Below are positions 1 through 16,718 of a DNA stretch of 64,000 nt, one piece after another. The notes under the pieces are model-generated. The model did no database searches. It was not told the DNA's origin and saw nothing but the letters and a program-made list of their open reading frames with translations. The translations under genes and the position numbers were made by a program. The stretch's first letter is position 1. The number at the start of each line of letters is the position of its first letter. The DNA is from the human T2T-CHM13v2.0 reference genome, Homo sapiens, in the NCBI RefSeq assembly GCF_009914755.1, contig NC_060939.1; one strand, given 5' to 3'.

Positions 1-245
1 AGAAAATATTTGCAAATCACATATCTGACAAAGAACTTGTGTCAAGAATAAAGAACTCTCAGAACTCAACATAAAATAAATAAGTAATCAAATTAAAAAT
101 GCGCAAATGACATGAACAGATATTTGACCAAAGCAAATATTCTTTGTACATGAAAGGATGGTCAGCAACATTAGCCATTAGGAAAGTTGAAATTAAAACC
201 ACAATGAGACATCACTACATATTAGAATGGCTTTTTAAAAAGTGA
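1..245 (+). mobile_element. Old L1 (L1M-type) ORF2 3' fragment
   Basis: GAAAATATTTGCAAATCACATATCTGACAAAG and AAATTAAAACCACAATGAGAC are typical L1 motifs. Confidence 0.8.
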
Positions 246-254
246 TTAGCACTA

Positions 255-368
255 GGCTGGGTGCAGCAGCTCACGCTCGTAATCCCAGAATTTTGGGAGG
301 CCGAGGCGAGTGGATCATTTGAGATCAGGAGTTTGAGACCAGCCTGGCCAACAGGGTGAAACCCCATC
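255..368 (+). mobile_element. Alu left monomer fragment
   Basis: GGCTGGGTGCAGCAGCTCACG...GTAATCCCAG...GAGACCAGCCTGGCCAAC. Confidence 0.9.
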
Positions 369-912
369 ACCCCTAGTGACCCACTAGCAAAAGTTTTGCT
401 CCTTGTCCCCACCACCTTATGCTCTGCTGGCCTAGAGGTCTTAGTTCCAGAGGAAGGAATGCTGCCGCCAAAAGACAGAGGGATGATCCATTGCGCTGGA
501 AGTTTAGGCTGCCATCTGGTGGCACCAAGCTCCTCATGCCTCTGGATCAACAGGTAAAGAAGGAGTTAACTACGCTGGTGGGGGTGGCTGGTCCAGATCA
601 CCAAGGAGAAACTGCCCTGCTGCTTCACAATGGACTGAGGAAGAGCATGTCTGGGGTACAGGAGGGCCCTCGTGGCATGCGCTGTGATTAAGATCAATGG
701 AAAAGCACAACAGCCCAATCTAGGCAGGATTAATAATGGTCCAGAACCTTCAGGAATGAAGGTTCCCCCACCAGGTTAAAAACCACAACCAGTGGAGGCT
801 TCCTGAAGGCAAAGGGAATACAGACTGGGGAGTGCAAGAAGGTAGTTATAGGACCATGTGACCAGCTACAGAAACCAGGACTGCAATTGTCATGAAACTT
901 TCCTCCTTATTT
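366..912 (+). mobile_element. ERVL internal fragment (integrase end / dUTPase region), degenerate
   Basis: Translates to TPSDPLAKVLLLVPTTLCSAGLEVLVPEEGMLPP...PLRWKFRLPSG...LLMPLDQQVKK...GPDHQGETALLLHNG, resembling HERV-L dUTPase. Confidence 0.8.
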
Positions 913-939
913 GCTGAGAGAGATAGAGAGAGAGAGTGT

Positions 940-1830
940 TTAAAGTTTTGGAAGAAAACATAGGAAGAAATCTTCATTAATTGAGGTTAGGGAAATTGTT
1001 CTTAGACATGATGCCAAATGCATGTAAAAGCAAAAATCCGTCAATTAGACTTGATCAAAATAAAAAATATAGCTTTGCAAAAGACACTATTAAAAGACAC
1101 TGAAAAGACAGCTATAGGCTGGGAGAGAATATCTACAAACCACATATCCAACGAAGAAAGTAGTCTGACATATATAAAGAACTCTTAAAATCAAGTTAGA
1201 AAACCATCCAAACAAAAGTGGGTAAAAGACTTGGACCCTCACTGAAGAGGACGCTCTATGTGGAAGACAGAAAGCCTATGAGAGACCATCAACACTAATC
1301 ACTAGGGAAATGCAAATCAAAACCATAGTGAGGTGCCACTGGAAAGCAGTTTGACAGTTCTGTTAAACCACATGGCCCAGCAGTCCCATAACGAATTTTC
1401 CTGGAGTAAGGAAAATTTGTGTTCACATGAAAACCTCTGCAGAAATGTTTATGGCAACTCTATGCATAATCGCCTAAATCTGGACACAACCACACGTCCT
1501 CCCATGGCTGAAGAGGTAACCACCTGTGTCTCCCTGTGTAGGCTAACACCATTCCACAATTGAAAGGAACATGTCACTGACACACAGAGCATTGGGGTGG
1601 ATCTCAAAAACATGATGCTTAGCGAAAGCAGCCAGTTACAAAGAGCCCATGCTGCATATCTCCACTCACATGACCTTCCTGAGACAATGGCGTGACAGGG
1701 ATAGAAGGCAAATCAGCAGTCAGCAGGGTTGGGTGGGGAGGGCTGGACTCCAGCAAGAGGGGTGCCATTCCTCGGCATCCTGACTGTGGAACCTTGTACG
1801 TGTGAAAATTCTCAGACCTAAACACCTCTT
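940..1830 (+). mobile_element. Old L1 (L1MC/L1ME-like) 3' fragment
   Basis: GGAAGAAAACATAGGA, GAAATGCAAATCAAAACCATAGTGAG and a 3'UTR-type sequence. Confidence 0.7.
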
Positions 1831-2015
1831 TTAAATGGGACCAGATGGGGAAATAAAACTATCATTTTTTGGTCATCTGTTTCGTATCAGTCACCACAGG
1901 TACAGTTGTGACCCTTGAACAACACAAGTCTGAACTACATGGGTCCACCTACATACAGATTTTTTCTTAAAAAAATTTTTTTTTAAATTAAATCTTCTTA
2001 AATAGACATGGGGTT

Positions 2016-2323
<308 letters not shown>

Positions 2324-3437
2324 ACAACACACACGGGGTCTTGCTATGTTGCTCAGACTGGTCTTGAACTCCAGGACTCAAGTAACCCTCCCAACCTTGG
2401 CCTCCCAAATTGCTGGGATCACAGGCATGAACCACCACACCTGGTCCACTTTTTTTTTCAATAAATATATTGGAAAAATGTATTGGAAAATTTCACATCA
2501 GCCATGCCAGCAGATGTGAAACCTTGCTCTTTTGGCCAAATGCCTTTTTACCTGGTCTTGGAAATGCAGCTTTTGGACAGATGTAGTAGCTCATGCTTGT
2601 AATCCCAGCACTTTGGGAGGCTGAGGCAGGAGGATCACTGGAGCCTAGGAGATGGAGGTTGCAGTAAGCATTGCAACCATTTGAAGAAACTTGCAGATGA
2701 ACCTTGTAGCCTAGAAATATTGAAAAAGTTAAGAAAAAGGTATGTCATGAATGCATAAAATACTAGCATATTTTTATCATTTACCACCATAAAACATACA
2801 TATATCATTTATAAACACACATATATCAATTATAAACAGTTAAAATTTATCAAAAGTTATGCACACAAACACAGTACATGGTGCCAGTCAAGAGAAATGT
2901 AAACAAATGTAAAGATGCAGTATTAAGTCATAATTGCATAAATTAATGGGAGCCCACTGTACTACTGTAATAATTCTGTCACCCCTCCTGCTACTATTGC
3001 AGTGAGCTCAGGTGTCCAGTGTCCACTTAAAATGCCATGTGACACTAGCCATCTCCACGTGAGCACTTGTCTCTCCTGTAGATTGTGTATCACAGTGAAA
3101 AGTAATCTCTTGTGGTTCTCATGTATTTTTCATGTTTAGTGCAATACAATAAACCTGAAGAAGACATGTACGAAATGCCACTAGTGATGCTGGAAGTGCT
3201 GCCAAGAAGCAGAGAAAAGACAGTACAAGAAAAAGATGGATTGATTGATATGTACTGTAGACTGAGGTCTGCAGCTGTGGTTGCCCACCATTTCAAGATA
3301 AATTAATCCAGCCTAAGAACCGCTGTAAAATAAGAAAAGGAAATTCGCAGTGTCATCACTGCAGCCATGCTAGCAGACATGAAACTTTGCTCTTTTTGCC
3401 AAATACCTTTTTATCTAGTCTTGAAAATGTAGCTTTT

Positions 3438-3626
3438 GGCTGGATGTAGTAGCTCATGCCTTTAATCCCAGTACTTTGGGAGACCGAAGCAGGAGGATCA
3501 CTTGAGCCCAAGAGGTGGAGGCTGCAGTAAGCCAAGATCACACAACTGCACTCCAGCCTGGAAGCGAGGCTCTGTCAGGGTGAAAAAAAAAAAGATGAAA
3601 GAAGGAAGGAAGGACAGAGAAATAGA
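3438..3626 (+). mobile_element. Alu monomer (FRAM-like) with A/GA-rich tail
   Basis: TSD GAAAATGTAGCTTTT / GAAAACGCAGCTTTT. Confidence 0.8.
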
Positions 3627-3739
3627 GAAAACGCAGCTTTTATCTGGGTGAAGGATATCTACAAGAAAAGCATATCTATAGACTCTAATATGATTCAAGA
3701 AAAACTGATGTCATTATATGACAACCTAAAATGAGACTG

Positions 3740-4710
<971 letters not shown>

Positions 4711-5456
4711 CCCGATTTACAACAGGGCCAATCAAGGAAATCATGAAAGAGAGTGTGCCTGTGGCAAAAAAGGTGGGGAATGTAGGCTTTCAGGATATGG
4801 ATCTTGGAGAAATTCAAGAGTGAAGAGACATCACACCAGAGGAATTAACAGAAGACCACTTGATGGAGATGAGTGTTTTCGAATCAGTGCCAGATGATGA
4901 GGAAGAGGATGTAGATGCAGTGCCAGAAAATAAGTTGACATTCGACAATCTGGCAGAGGAGTTCTGATTATTCAAGACTACTTGTGACTTCTACCACATG
5001 GACCTTTCTATGGTACGGACACCAAAACTAAAGCAAATGGTGGAAGAAGGATTGGTAACATAAAGAAACATATTTAGAGAAATGAAAAAGCAAAAATGTC
5101 AGACAGAAATAACGATGAATTTCTCAGTGTGTGTGCATCTCCTGACTTCCTTCCCATCTCCCTGACCTTTTCTGCCTCTGCCATCCCTGAGATGACAGGA
5201 CCAACCTCTTCTCTTCTTCAGCCTACTCAATGTGAAGACGATATGGATGAAAACCTTTATGATGATCCACTTCCATTTAGTGATAGTGAATACATTCTCT
5301 TCCTTATGATTTTATTAGTACTTTTTCTTTTCTGTAGCTTACTTCATTGTAAGAATACAGTATACAATACAAATCACATGCAAAATATGTGTTGAGTGTT
5401 TATGTTATTGGTAAGGCTTCTGGCCAATAGTAGGCTATTAACAAAAGTTGTGGTGA

Positions 5457-5764
<308 letters not shown>

Positions 5765-5859
5765 TATATGTGGATTTTTGACTGTGTGGGAAGGTTGGCA
5801 CCCCATCCCCTTCATGGGAACTGTAGTCTCATTAAATCCTCACATGCTGCAAGATTGGT

Positions 5860-5975
5860 TTATTATCCCCATCTTACAGATAAGAAACTTAAAACCCAAG
5901 AGATTTTGTACATTGCCCAGAGTCACATCACTGGTGAGTGGCAGAAACTGGAGCCCCCACCCAGACTATCCCTGA
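5860..5975. mobile_element. MIR fragment
   Basis: TATTATCCCCATCTTACAGATAAGAAACT...TTGCCCAGAGTCACA core. Confidence 0.7.
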
Positions 5976-6234
5976 CCTGAGCACAGGTTGCCAAGTGTGC
6001 GTGCAGCAGTCAGAGACACTGGGAGATGGAGACTGCCCTCCGTATTGAGGCCACTTATATATCTGGCTTCTGTGAAACAGCCTTGCTTAGCTCCACCACT
6101 CGGTTTTGGTCAAATGAACCACAGCAGGATCATGTGGACTTCCTGAGCACTGGTTTGCATGTATGAGTTGGACTTGGTGATCTCTTTGAGGTGTGTGGAG
6201 ATACTAAGCTAGTGGAAAAAGTGCTGAACAGACT

Positions 6235-6345
6235 GGGACCGGTGGCTCACGCCTGTAATCCCAGCCCTTTGGGAGGCCAAGGCAGGAGGATCTCTTGAGG
6301 CCAGCCTGGGCAACATAGTGAGACCTTGTCTCTACAAAAAAAAAT
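6235..6345 (+). mobile_element. FLAM-like Alu monomer
   Basis: GGTGGCTCACGCCTGTAATCCCAGC...GAGACCTTGTCTCTACAAAAA. Confidence 0.85.
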
Positions 6346-7080
6346 TAAAAATTTTTAAAATGCTGAACAAAAACCCACCTGTGTTCAATCTTGGCTCCTC
6401 CCTGGATAATGTACCCACTCCCAAGTGTAGGTGTTGGTAACTCTTGGGAGTACATCTTAAGCCCAGGTAGCACATCAACCGGAGTTCCAGACAGTTCCCC
6501 AGCTGCCGCCTCAGATGTCTCTACCTGGCTGTCCCACAGGTGCCCATCACTCCACCTGGCATCCCAGCCAGACACCTTGGAGCTCTGGGGTACTCCCCGA
6601 AAACCCCTTGTTCCTCACAACCCCCAGACCCACTACCCCTCCAATGTTACCTCTCAGAGCTCTAGCACCCACCACTTCTCCCTCTCTGTGCCTCCTCCCC
6701 CTGAACTCCCTGCAAACTATCTCCACCCAGTAGCAAAGGGGCTTTTTGAAAAATGAAAATCTGACCATGCTGTCCCGGTTAAATGTTCTCTCAGGGCTTC
6801 CTGGTGTCTTGGGATGAAGATAGCATCTTAAGGCGGCCTCATCCCCTGCCTATTTTCCTCCCCAGCTCCTAGGACTCTGCCGCTGTCCTGGCTCCAGCTA
6901 CGCTGGCTTGCAGGCGTCATGATGCCCTGTGTCACAGGCCTTTCCACATAACATTCCTGTGCTTGACACACTCTTCTGCTTCCCCAACTCCCAGCCTTTG
7001 CCAAGTTAACCAACTTCTGGTCATGGCTCAACCGTCACTTGCTTCCCTAAGGAAGCCTTCTCCAACTTCCTACACCATGT

Positions 7081-8050
<970 letters not shown>

Positions 8051-8057
8051 ACCTTCC

Positions 8058-8645
8058 GGTGTTGGCGCGCGGGGCGTGGCGCGGAGTGACCAGCCCTGCC
8101 TGGCTCCTTTCAGCAGCAGGCGAAGCGGCTGCAGCGCGTTCTTTAACTTTCCCAGAAAGAACAACAGTTTGTAAAGCGCGCGATCTCATGCATGTCCCGG
8201 CCAGCCCAGCAGCTGGGGGTGCAGGGCCACGTCCAGTCTGGGACGCTGCAGGGGCTTCGCTCCTGGATCCCACCTCCTGTGCGTCCCCGGGCGCGGCGCG
8301 ACAGTCCGGGGTCCTGCACGCTGTGGGGAGCCGCGCTGGGGGCGCCTCGGAAGGACGCGGTTCTCCAGCCCTTTCCGTGCCTAAACAGGACCGAGGCTGA
8401 GTTTCTTCGCGTGGGTGGAAACTAAAGCGGGGTTGGGGACAGGGCGCTGGCCATGGGTGCGGTTCCAGGAGCGGGCGCGGGTCCCCGGGCGGGATGGGGG
8501 GGGGGGGCGCTCAGGCACAGCGGTGGGGCGAGGGCGCAGCGCCGGGAGCGCAGATCCCAGGGGCCCTCACCGCAGTAGGTGATGGAGGTGTGCAGCAGCA
8601 CCAGGAAGCATTCCACAGGGCACACATACAGCAAAGCAGCACGCT
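8058..8645. promoter_or_regulatory. CpG island (orphan)
   Basis: Dense undepleted CpG (GCGCGCG, CGGGCGCGG), GC-box-like GGGGCGTGGC, long G run; not a recognisable repeat. Confidence 0.7.
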
Positions 8646-9479
8646 GTGAGCAGTAAAGATAGGCAAGTTTGTCAATTAAACTTTCATAAAGCTGGGGGAA
8701 ACAGAAGAAAACGAACCATAACAACAAAAAATAAAGCTGAGAAACATTTAAGAGATTTATTAGTTTGTTTTAAAGTAACAGAAGCAAGCCCATTACATGG
8801 TAACATAAGTTGCATATTTTGTGAGAAATGTTTTCCAAAGCAAAAAAAAAAAAAAAAAAAAACCGTGGGAAAGTGGTGGTGCTTCAGTTGTGCGAGCTGT
8901 CACGTCCTAACACAGCTGCATCCTCAGCCCGCTGTCCCCCCGCAAGACGCTCCCACTTCCAGTGAAAAGAGATCAATAACATCTCCTTATTGTCACGAAA
9001 CATTCTTGACTCAACCTCACTCAGCCACTGACAGGGTCGTGAAAATCCCAGGGGTCCCTGGACGGCACAATTGAGTGCCACTGGTTTTTTGGAGAAAAGT
9101 GTGGAGGAGTACTGGGGAGTTTGGAGAGGGTCCAGGGAAGGCCGCACCGACCAGTGGTCTCAGGACCAGCGTCCGAAGGAGCAGCGAGGAGGTGGAGGCC
9201 GGGAGGGGGACGTAGGAGCTGCCGCATTCCCGGCAGAGGGAACTGCAAGTGTTGAGGACCCCAGGCAAGTGCACTGAGGAATGAAAGGCCACTGTGGCCA
9301 GAGCTGGAGGCAGCAGAAGAGAGGCCCTAGAGGAGGGCAGGGGCCAGAGCAGCAGCGAGGCCAGACAAGGGCTGCGGCCTAGAAGCAAAGGGATGCCATG
9401 GAAGGAGCCTCGGAAAGTGACATCAAATTTGCATGTTTAAAAGCCGCGCTCAAGAAGTGCCGTCAATCATTAGAGACAG

Positions 9480-9805
9480 GTATCAGCCAAATAACCACAT
9501 AAATACTTTTAAAAAACTAAACAATAATTTGGTAATTTCTTGGCTATGACACTAAAAGCACAGGCAACAAAGGAAAAAATAAATTGGACTTCACCAAAAT
9601 TAAAATACCTTTGCGCATCAAAGGACACTATCAGAGTGAAAAGACACCCCGAAGAACGAGAGAAAATATGTGTGAATGGTTTACCTGATAAGGGTTTAAT
9701 ATCCAGAATATAAAAAGGACTTCTACAATTCAACAACAACAAAAAATCTGATTCAAAGGACTTGAATAGACATTTCTCCAAAGAAGGTCTATAGATGGCC
9801 AATAT
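9480..9805 (+). mobile_element. Old L1 ORF2 3' fragment
   Basis: ATGACACTAAAAGCACAGGCAACAAAG...GACTTGAATAGACATTTCTCCAAAGAAG. Confidence 0.82.
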
Positions 9806-9990
9806 AGAGGAACAGAGAGCTTATACTTACAACTCTCCCCCCGAAACCCACTGTGCCTATTTCTGTGGTATGGAACTATGAGGTCTCAACAGAACAGATG
9901 AATAGATCCCAGTTTCTTTTCATGGAAATTTCAGGCCTTGTCTTTGGGCCACTAAGGTGCTTATTTCCCAGACTAACAAAAATAATCTAG

Positions 9991-10377
<387 letters not shown>

Positions 10378-10490
10378 TAAGAAGTTTAACTTGGTATTCT
10401 ATTTCTGATGGAAGGATGGCTAAAAGAAGGGAGACTCAAACAACAGATGAAGGCAAAATACTCTGTACTGAATTTTCAACGTAATCTTAA

Positions 10491-10720
<230 letters not shown>

Positions 10721-12465
10721 TAACTGCCTCATAAATACTGTTAATATATTGAAAGTTTTGCCCTAGGCTTTTATTAAAGTCAACTATATAGAAAAGGTTT
10801 CTCCTATCTTGAAATGTATTATTAAAGACATCATCCCCAATAATATTCCATATTCTCTGTTTAGGAACCCCAGTTGTTTTCAAATTCAAGAATGCAGAGA
10901 AATCTACTTGTTACAAAAGAGTAGAATGGATAATGGGCACCACATCCTGAAGTGTATTTTAATAAAAATTCATGTAAGATGGTTCAAAATTTCACTAACT
11001 ACTTTAAAAAGAAATGCCTGGGAGACTTCTATTTCCAGCAGAGTGGCAGACTGATGCCTTGAACAACCCTCTTATTACAAAACTGAATACTCCACATGAA
11101 AACAAATCTATTCAAATGCATTGTTAAGCTGTGAAGAGAATAACGAAAGTTCTAAGAAACCAAAATCTAAATGAAAACAGAAGTCCAGGCAGGCACTGAA
11201 AACCTAAAAAAAAACAAAAACAAAAACTGAAGAGGCCAATTGTTGGCAAGCATGTGGAACAGCAGGAACTCTTTAAGCTGCTGCTGGTGGTGGAGGCCAA
11301 GACACTGTGCTCCCAGAACACGACACAGAAGCCTCCACACTGAAGCAGAGCACAGGTGCCCTGGAGTCTCCACCCCACCCAGGGATCCTCCAGCAGAAGC
11401 ACGTTTGCCCCTGCATACCTGCAAGTCCCATATCCAGACCTAGTGTTCAGGGCCGTGGGATAACAGCCAAAAATAGGAAATCATTTTACTCATCAATGGA
11501 AAAATGGTGACACAGTCATATAATGGAACTCAACAATGACGATAAATCAATGTCTACCACAGACAAGAACATGGATGTGTTCTGTAATACTGAACCAAAT
11601 AAGCCAGGCTAAATAGAATGTGCTGTATTTTATAGAAATCAAAACCAGGCAGAACAAATCTACATCAGGAACTGGGAAAGTAGCTATTTTGTGTGTTGGG
11701 GCAGCAGTGCCTGGGAGAGGCCACAGGTCAAGGCTACTGCTTGGTCCAGGGCGTGGCAGCCTGGTGTGCTACAGTCCATCTAGATGCACACTTATGATTC
11801 GGGCACTCTTCTGTATGTACATTAACATTTCAATAAAAAGCTTATTAAAACATTAAAACTTTCAGAAAAATCCACATTGCTTCAGTAGAAATTAGCACAT
11901 TAACGTTTAAAAAATACATGTATACGGTGGGGGAAAAAATAGTTCAAAAGAGTACCCAGTGAAAAGTTTAAGAGGGAGTGACGCCAGCAAGGGGCTGATC
12001 AATAGCCCCTTGCACTCATCCCCTGACAAAGACACCCAAAGCAGCAAACAACTATATTTTGATGAAAGTCACTAAAAGAGAGCCCCAGAGTGCATCAAGG
12101 AGTAGCAGAAATCCAGTAGAGCACAGAAAACCAAGACAGTCACATAAAGGAGGGAAGGAAACATCTGGCCCCCACCACCCACTCCCCCAGAGGGATCAGC
12201 CTGAAGCAGAGGGGATATCTCCCTGCAGGGAAAAGGAAGCAAGAGGGGCCCAGTAGCCCCAGCACTCCCCTCAGAGAAGGAACTGACATTGTGCCCCACC
12301 CCCATGGACCAGCTGCTGCTGCAACGTGCCCTCCTGGACCTGGACCACTTCGGGAGCATGTCCCACCCAGGGGGAGCAGCCACCGCACCCTTCTTCCAAC
12401 CTCAGGCTCTGTTGCTGTATATCACACCCACCTAGTGGCCCACCACCCCCGAGCCGCTGTTACAC

Positions 12466-12897
12466 TGTCTTAGGCCATTTAGTGTGGCTGTAACAGAATA
12501 CTTGAGACTCGGGGTAACTTATTTTATAAAAAAGGTTTATTTGGCTCACCCTGCTTGTGTCTGAAAAGTCCGAGATCGGGCAGCACAAGTGGCGAGGGTC
12601 TTGGGCTGCTTCATCTCATGGGGAAAGTGGAAGGCGAAACAGGTGTACGCAAGGGGCTCACATGGCAAGAGAGGAAACACGAGAGTCTAGGAAGCTGAAC
12701 TCACTCTGATAACAATCCACTCCTGGTAACTAATCCAGTCCCATGAAAAGGCATTAATCTATTCATAAAGGATCTGCCCTGTGACCCAAATACCTCCCAC
12801 TAGGCCCCACCTCCCACACCACCACATTTGGAATCAAATTTCAAATGGATGAAATTTCAAATGGCTGGTGGGAACAAATGATGTCCACATCACAGCA
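12466..12897 (-). mobile_element. MaLR solo LTR (MST-type)
   Basis: TG...CA ends, 5-bp TSD TACAC (12461-12465 / 12898-12902), CCCACTAGGCCCCACCTCC motif. Confidence 0.85.
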
Positions 12898-13560
12898 TAC
12901 ACCCCACCTGTGGGGCCACGCTGCTGTGCCCCTCCCCTCCCAGCTGCCATTGTGCCCTGCCCCTTGGAGCCTGAGCTGACTTGGTGCCCTGCTTTCCAGG
13001 GAATCAGTGCCTTGGCCAGTCTGAGCAGTCACACCCCCCACTGCACGAGAGCTGAAGCGCTGCCCTGCTTCACAGGGAATCAGTGTCTTGGCTGAGCTGA
13101 GCAGCCACACCTGCCAGGGATGAGCCAACATGGCACCCCCATATCCTAGGAAAATGGCATTGGCTGAACTGGGGTACCTTGCCCTTCAGGACAAACAACT
13201 GTAGAACCCTGCTTCCTTGGAACTGGACTAGCTCTGGAGAATCTGAGTTGCCCAGGCACCTGCCTCCCCAGGGAGAGAAGTAGTTGCTGCACTGGTCCCT
13301 GCCCCTAAGGGCCCAAGCCACAGTAGGGCTCCACCATTCTGGGGTCCTTGCTGATGCTGCATCTGGCCTCACAGAGACTGAGATGCTGCTGTGTCCCACC
13401 ACGGCAGGTTCCAGAGTCACTATCATGTCACTCCCATGTCCAGAGTCACTCCCATCCCCTGGGAGTTTACTTCTTAAACTCTTCGCAAAAACAGAGCGAG
13501 AGGAAATAATTCCAAACACATTTTACCAGGCCAGTATCACCTTAATACCTAAGCCAAACC

Positions 13561-13564
<4 letters not shown>

Positions 13565-13599
<35 letters not shown>
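13565..13599. repeat. (CA)n microsatellite
   Basis: Visible dinucleotide run. Confidence 0.95.
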
Positions 13600-13601
<2 letters not shown>

Positions 13602-14536
13602 CAAACAAAGAAAAACTACAGGTCAACTTCTCCAATAAATTAAAAACTGATGCAAATATCCTAAAAAAATTTTAGCAAATAGAATTCAATAACACATCAA
13701 AAACATTATACATCGTGTTTCAGTGGGATTTATCCCTGGCATGCAAGACTGGTTTAAAATATGTAAATCAATCAATGTGATATATCACATTAACACAATG
13801 AAAGATAAAACGACATGGTCATCTCAATTGATGCAGTAAAAGCATTTAACAAAGTTTAGCAACCTTTCTTGATAAAACCTCTTAATAGTTTATGTATAGA
13901 AGGAAAGTTCCTCAACATAATAAAGACCATTTATGAAAAACCCACAGTCTAATCATAGTTAGTGGGGAACAACTAAAGCTTTTCCACTAAGATTGAGTAC
14001 AAGATAGGGATGGCCAGCCTCATCACTTTTATTCAATAGAGTACTTGCAAGAGCAATCAGATGAGAAAAAAAGGCAACTAAATTAAAGAAGTAAAATTAT
14101 CTCTATTTGCAGATGACAAGATCCTTTATGTAAAAAACTCCAAAGATTCCACAAAAAACTGTGAGAACTACTAAATCAATTCAGTTAAGCTGCAAGGTAT
14201 AAACTCAACATATAAAAATCAGTTGCATTTCTATATACAAATAACCTAGCTGACGAAGCAATCAAGAAAATAATCTCATTTACGATAGCATCAAAGAAAA
14301 ACAAAAACTTAGGAATAAATTTAACCAAGAAGGTGAGAGATGTGTACACTTGAAAACCATAAAACATTGATGAAAGAAATTTAGACATGAACAAATGAAA
14401 AGACATCCTATGTTTATGGATCAGAAGACTTAATATTGTTAAAATGTTCACACTACCCAAAGCAAATATACAGATTTAACACAATCCTCATCAAAGTTCT
14501 GATGGCATTCTTCACAGAACAGAATAAAACAATCCT

Positions 14537-14942
<406 letters not shown>

Positions 14943-16053
14943 TTAAAATTGTATTACAAAGCTACAGTAATCAAAACAGTATGGTGCTGGCATAAAAACA
15001 AAAAAATAGACCAATGGAACAGAACAGAGACCTTTGAAATAAATCCAAACATATACTGTCAACTAATTTTTGACAAGGGCAAACAAGACAACACAATGGT
15101 AAAAAAGATAGTCTCTTCAATAATAGGATTTTCACATGCAAAAGAATAAAACTGGACCCTGATCATACACCATACACAAAAATCAACTCAAAACAGATAC
15201 AAGACCAAAGACCCAAATAAGACCTGAAACCATAAAACTCCTAGAAGAAAACATAGGGGGAAAGCCTCTTGACATTGGCCTTAGCAATAATTTTTTGGAT
15301 ATCGCACCACAAGCCAGGCTACAAATGTAAACATAAACAAGGAGGACTGCATCAAACTAAAAAGCTTCTGCACAGCAAAGGAACAACCAACAAAATGAAA
15401 GGGGAACCTACAGACTGGAAGAAATATTTGCAAACCACATATCTGATAAAGTGTTAATATCCAAAAATCAGTAAAGAACTCTTACAACTTAATAGCAGAA
15501 AAACAACCCAGTTGAAAAATGGGCCAAATAGGAAATGACCAATAGGAAATGGGGAGATGTACATTAAAATAATACAAAGTAGCAGACATGTAGGATGAAC
15601 AAGTTAGAGATCTAGTGTACATCATGAGGGCTATAGTTAATAAAAATATATTGTCTTTGGGATTTTTGTTAAATAAGTAGATTTTAGCTGTTCCTGTCAC
15701 ACAAACAAAAATCTAACTATGTGAGATGGTAGCTATGTTAATTTGCTTCACTATAGTAACCAGTTTACTATCTATATGTATCCTTTAAGATCATATTGTC
15801 AACCTCAAATACATAAAATAAAATTTATTTTAAAAAGGAAAAGTTTGTCTTCAATCCAGAAAGAACCACTATTACCATTTTTTGGTGTTCCATTCCAAAA
15901 TATCCCAAAAATATACAATTGTTCAATCAAATTTAACGTTAGACTTTATACTTGAACATTCAAAGTACGTAAGAAATTATAGAAAAGTGTCTGTGTGACT
16001 CCCTGTCTGTAGAGCACAGGCTTCATCTCTACTAACACACACACGACCAGTAC

Positions 16054-16229
16054 CTTATACAGAGAGTCCTTGTTTGCCTTTAGTCTGACACCATGGGCGA
16101 GCCTGAGTTGGCCCGTGGTCCGCATTCCTGACCAGGTGTCTTTCTCACCCACTGGTTTCAACAAAGATGCTACTGGGTTATAGAAGGCTGGGATGGAAAC
16201 AGGATACCAAGTTCGCATGAAGACAATAT
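16054..16229 (-). pseudogene. BMS1P: BMS1P exon (176 nt; DIVFMRTWYPVSIPAFYNPVASLLKPVGEKDTWSGMRTTGQLRLAHGVRLKANKDSLYK)
   Basis: Acceptor CTTTTCAG, donor AAG|GTACTG; lies in ORF 15946..16437. Confidence 0.93.
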
Positions 16230-16570
16230 CTGAAAAGAGGTAATTTACTTTAACATTTTCAAAAGAAGATTCATATCCATATTGCGAAGAAACAAAGAAC
16301 AAAACCTTCACTCCAAACTTCTCTACCTGGCTGCAAAGTATTTGAAGGGAAAGGTCGCTAAGGGAACTATTCTCATAGATCACAGAACTGTTACTGGGTG
16401 TGGCCAGGGGGCTGAAGACACAAGCGAATGGGCACACCGCATAAGACTGGGAGATCTAAGGCTGGAGCTGCTCAACTCTCTGGAGACCTGACTCCAGCCT
16501 CTCATCACACTGGCTAGAAGTCAAGCATGAATGGTAACACCCTGCCCTGAATACTACTTAAGACATTCAC

Positions 16571-16718
16571 CGCTCATCAGCAGCTTATCCTCAAAGCTGG
16601 CCCAGAAAGCTCCTTCTGGAGCTCAGAGTGCTTTCTTGATCTGCCCCCTTATCCCAATGACAGTTCAAATCACAGCACCTTCAAATTTGGCCACGTCCAA
16701 GGCAGAATTAAACATTCC
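16571..16718 (-). pseudogene. BMS1P: BMS1P exon (148 nt; [47 protein letters not shown]) with two nonsense codons
   Basis: Acceptor CTGTAG, donor CG|GTGAAT; two in-frame TGA at parent Arg positions. Confidence 0.92.
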
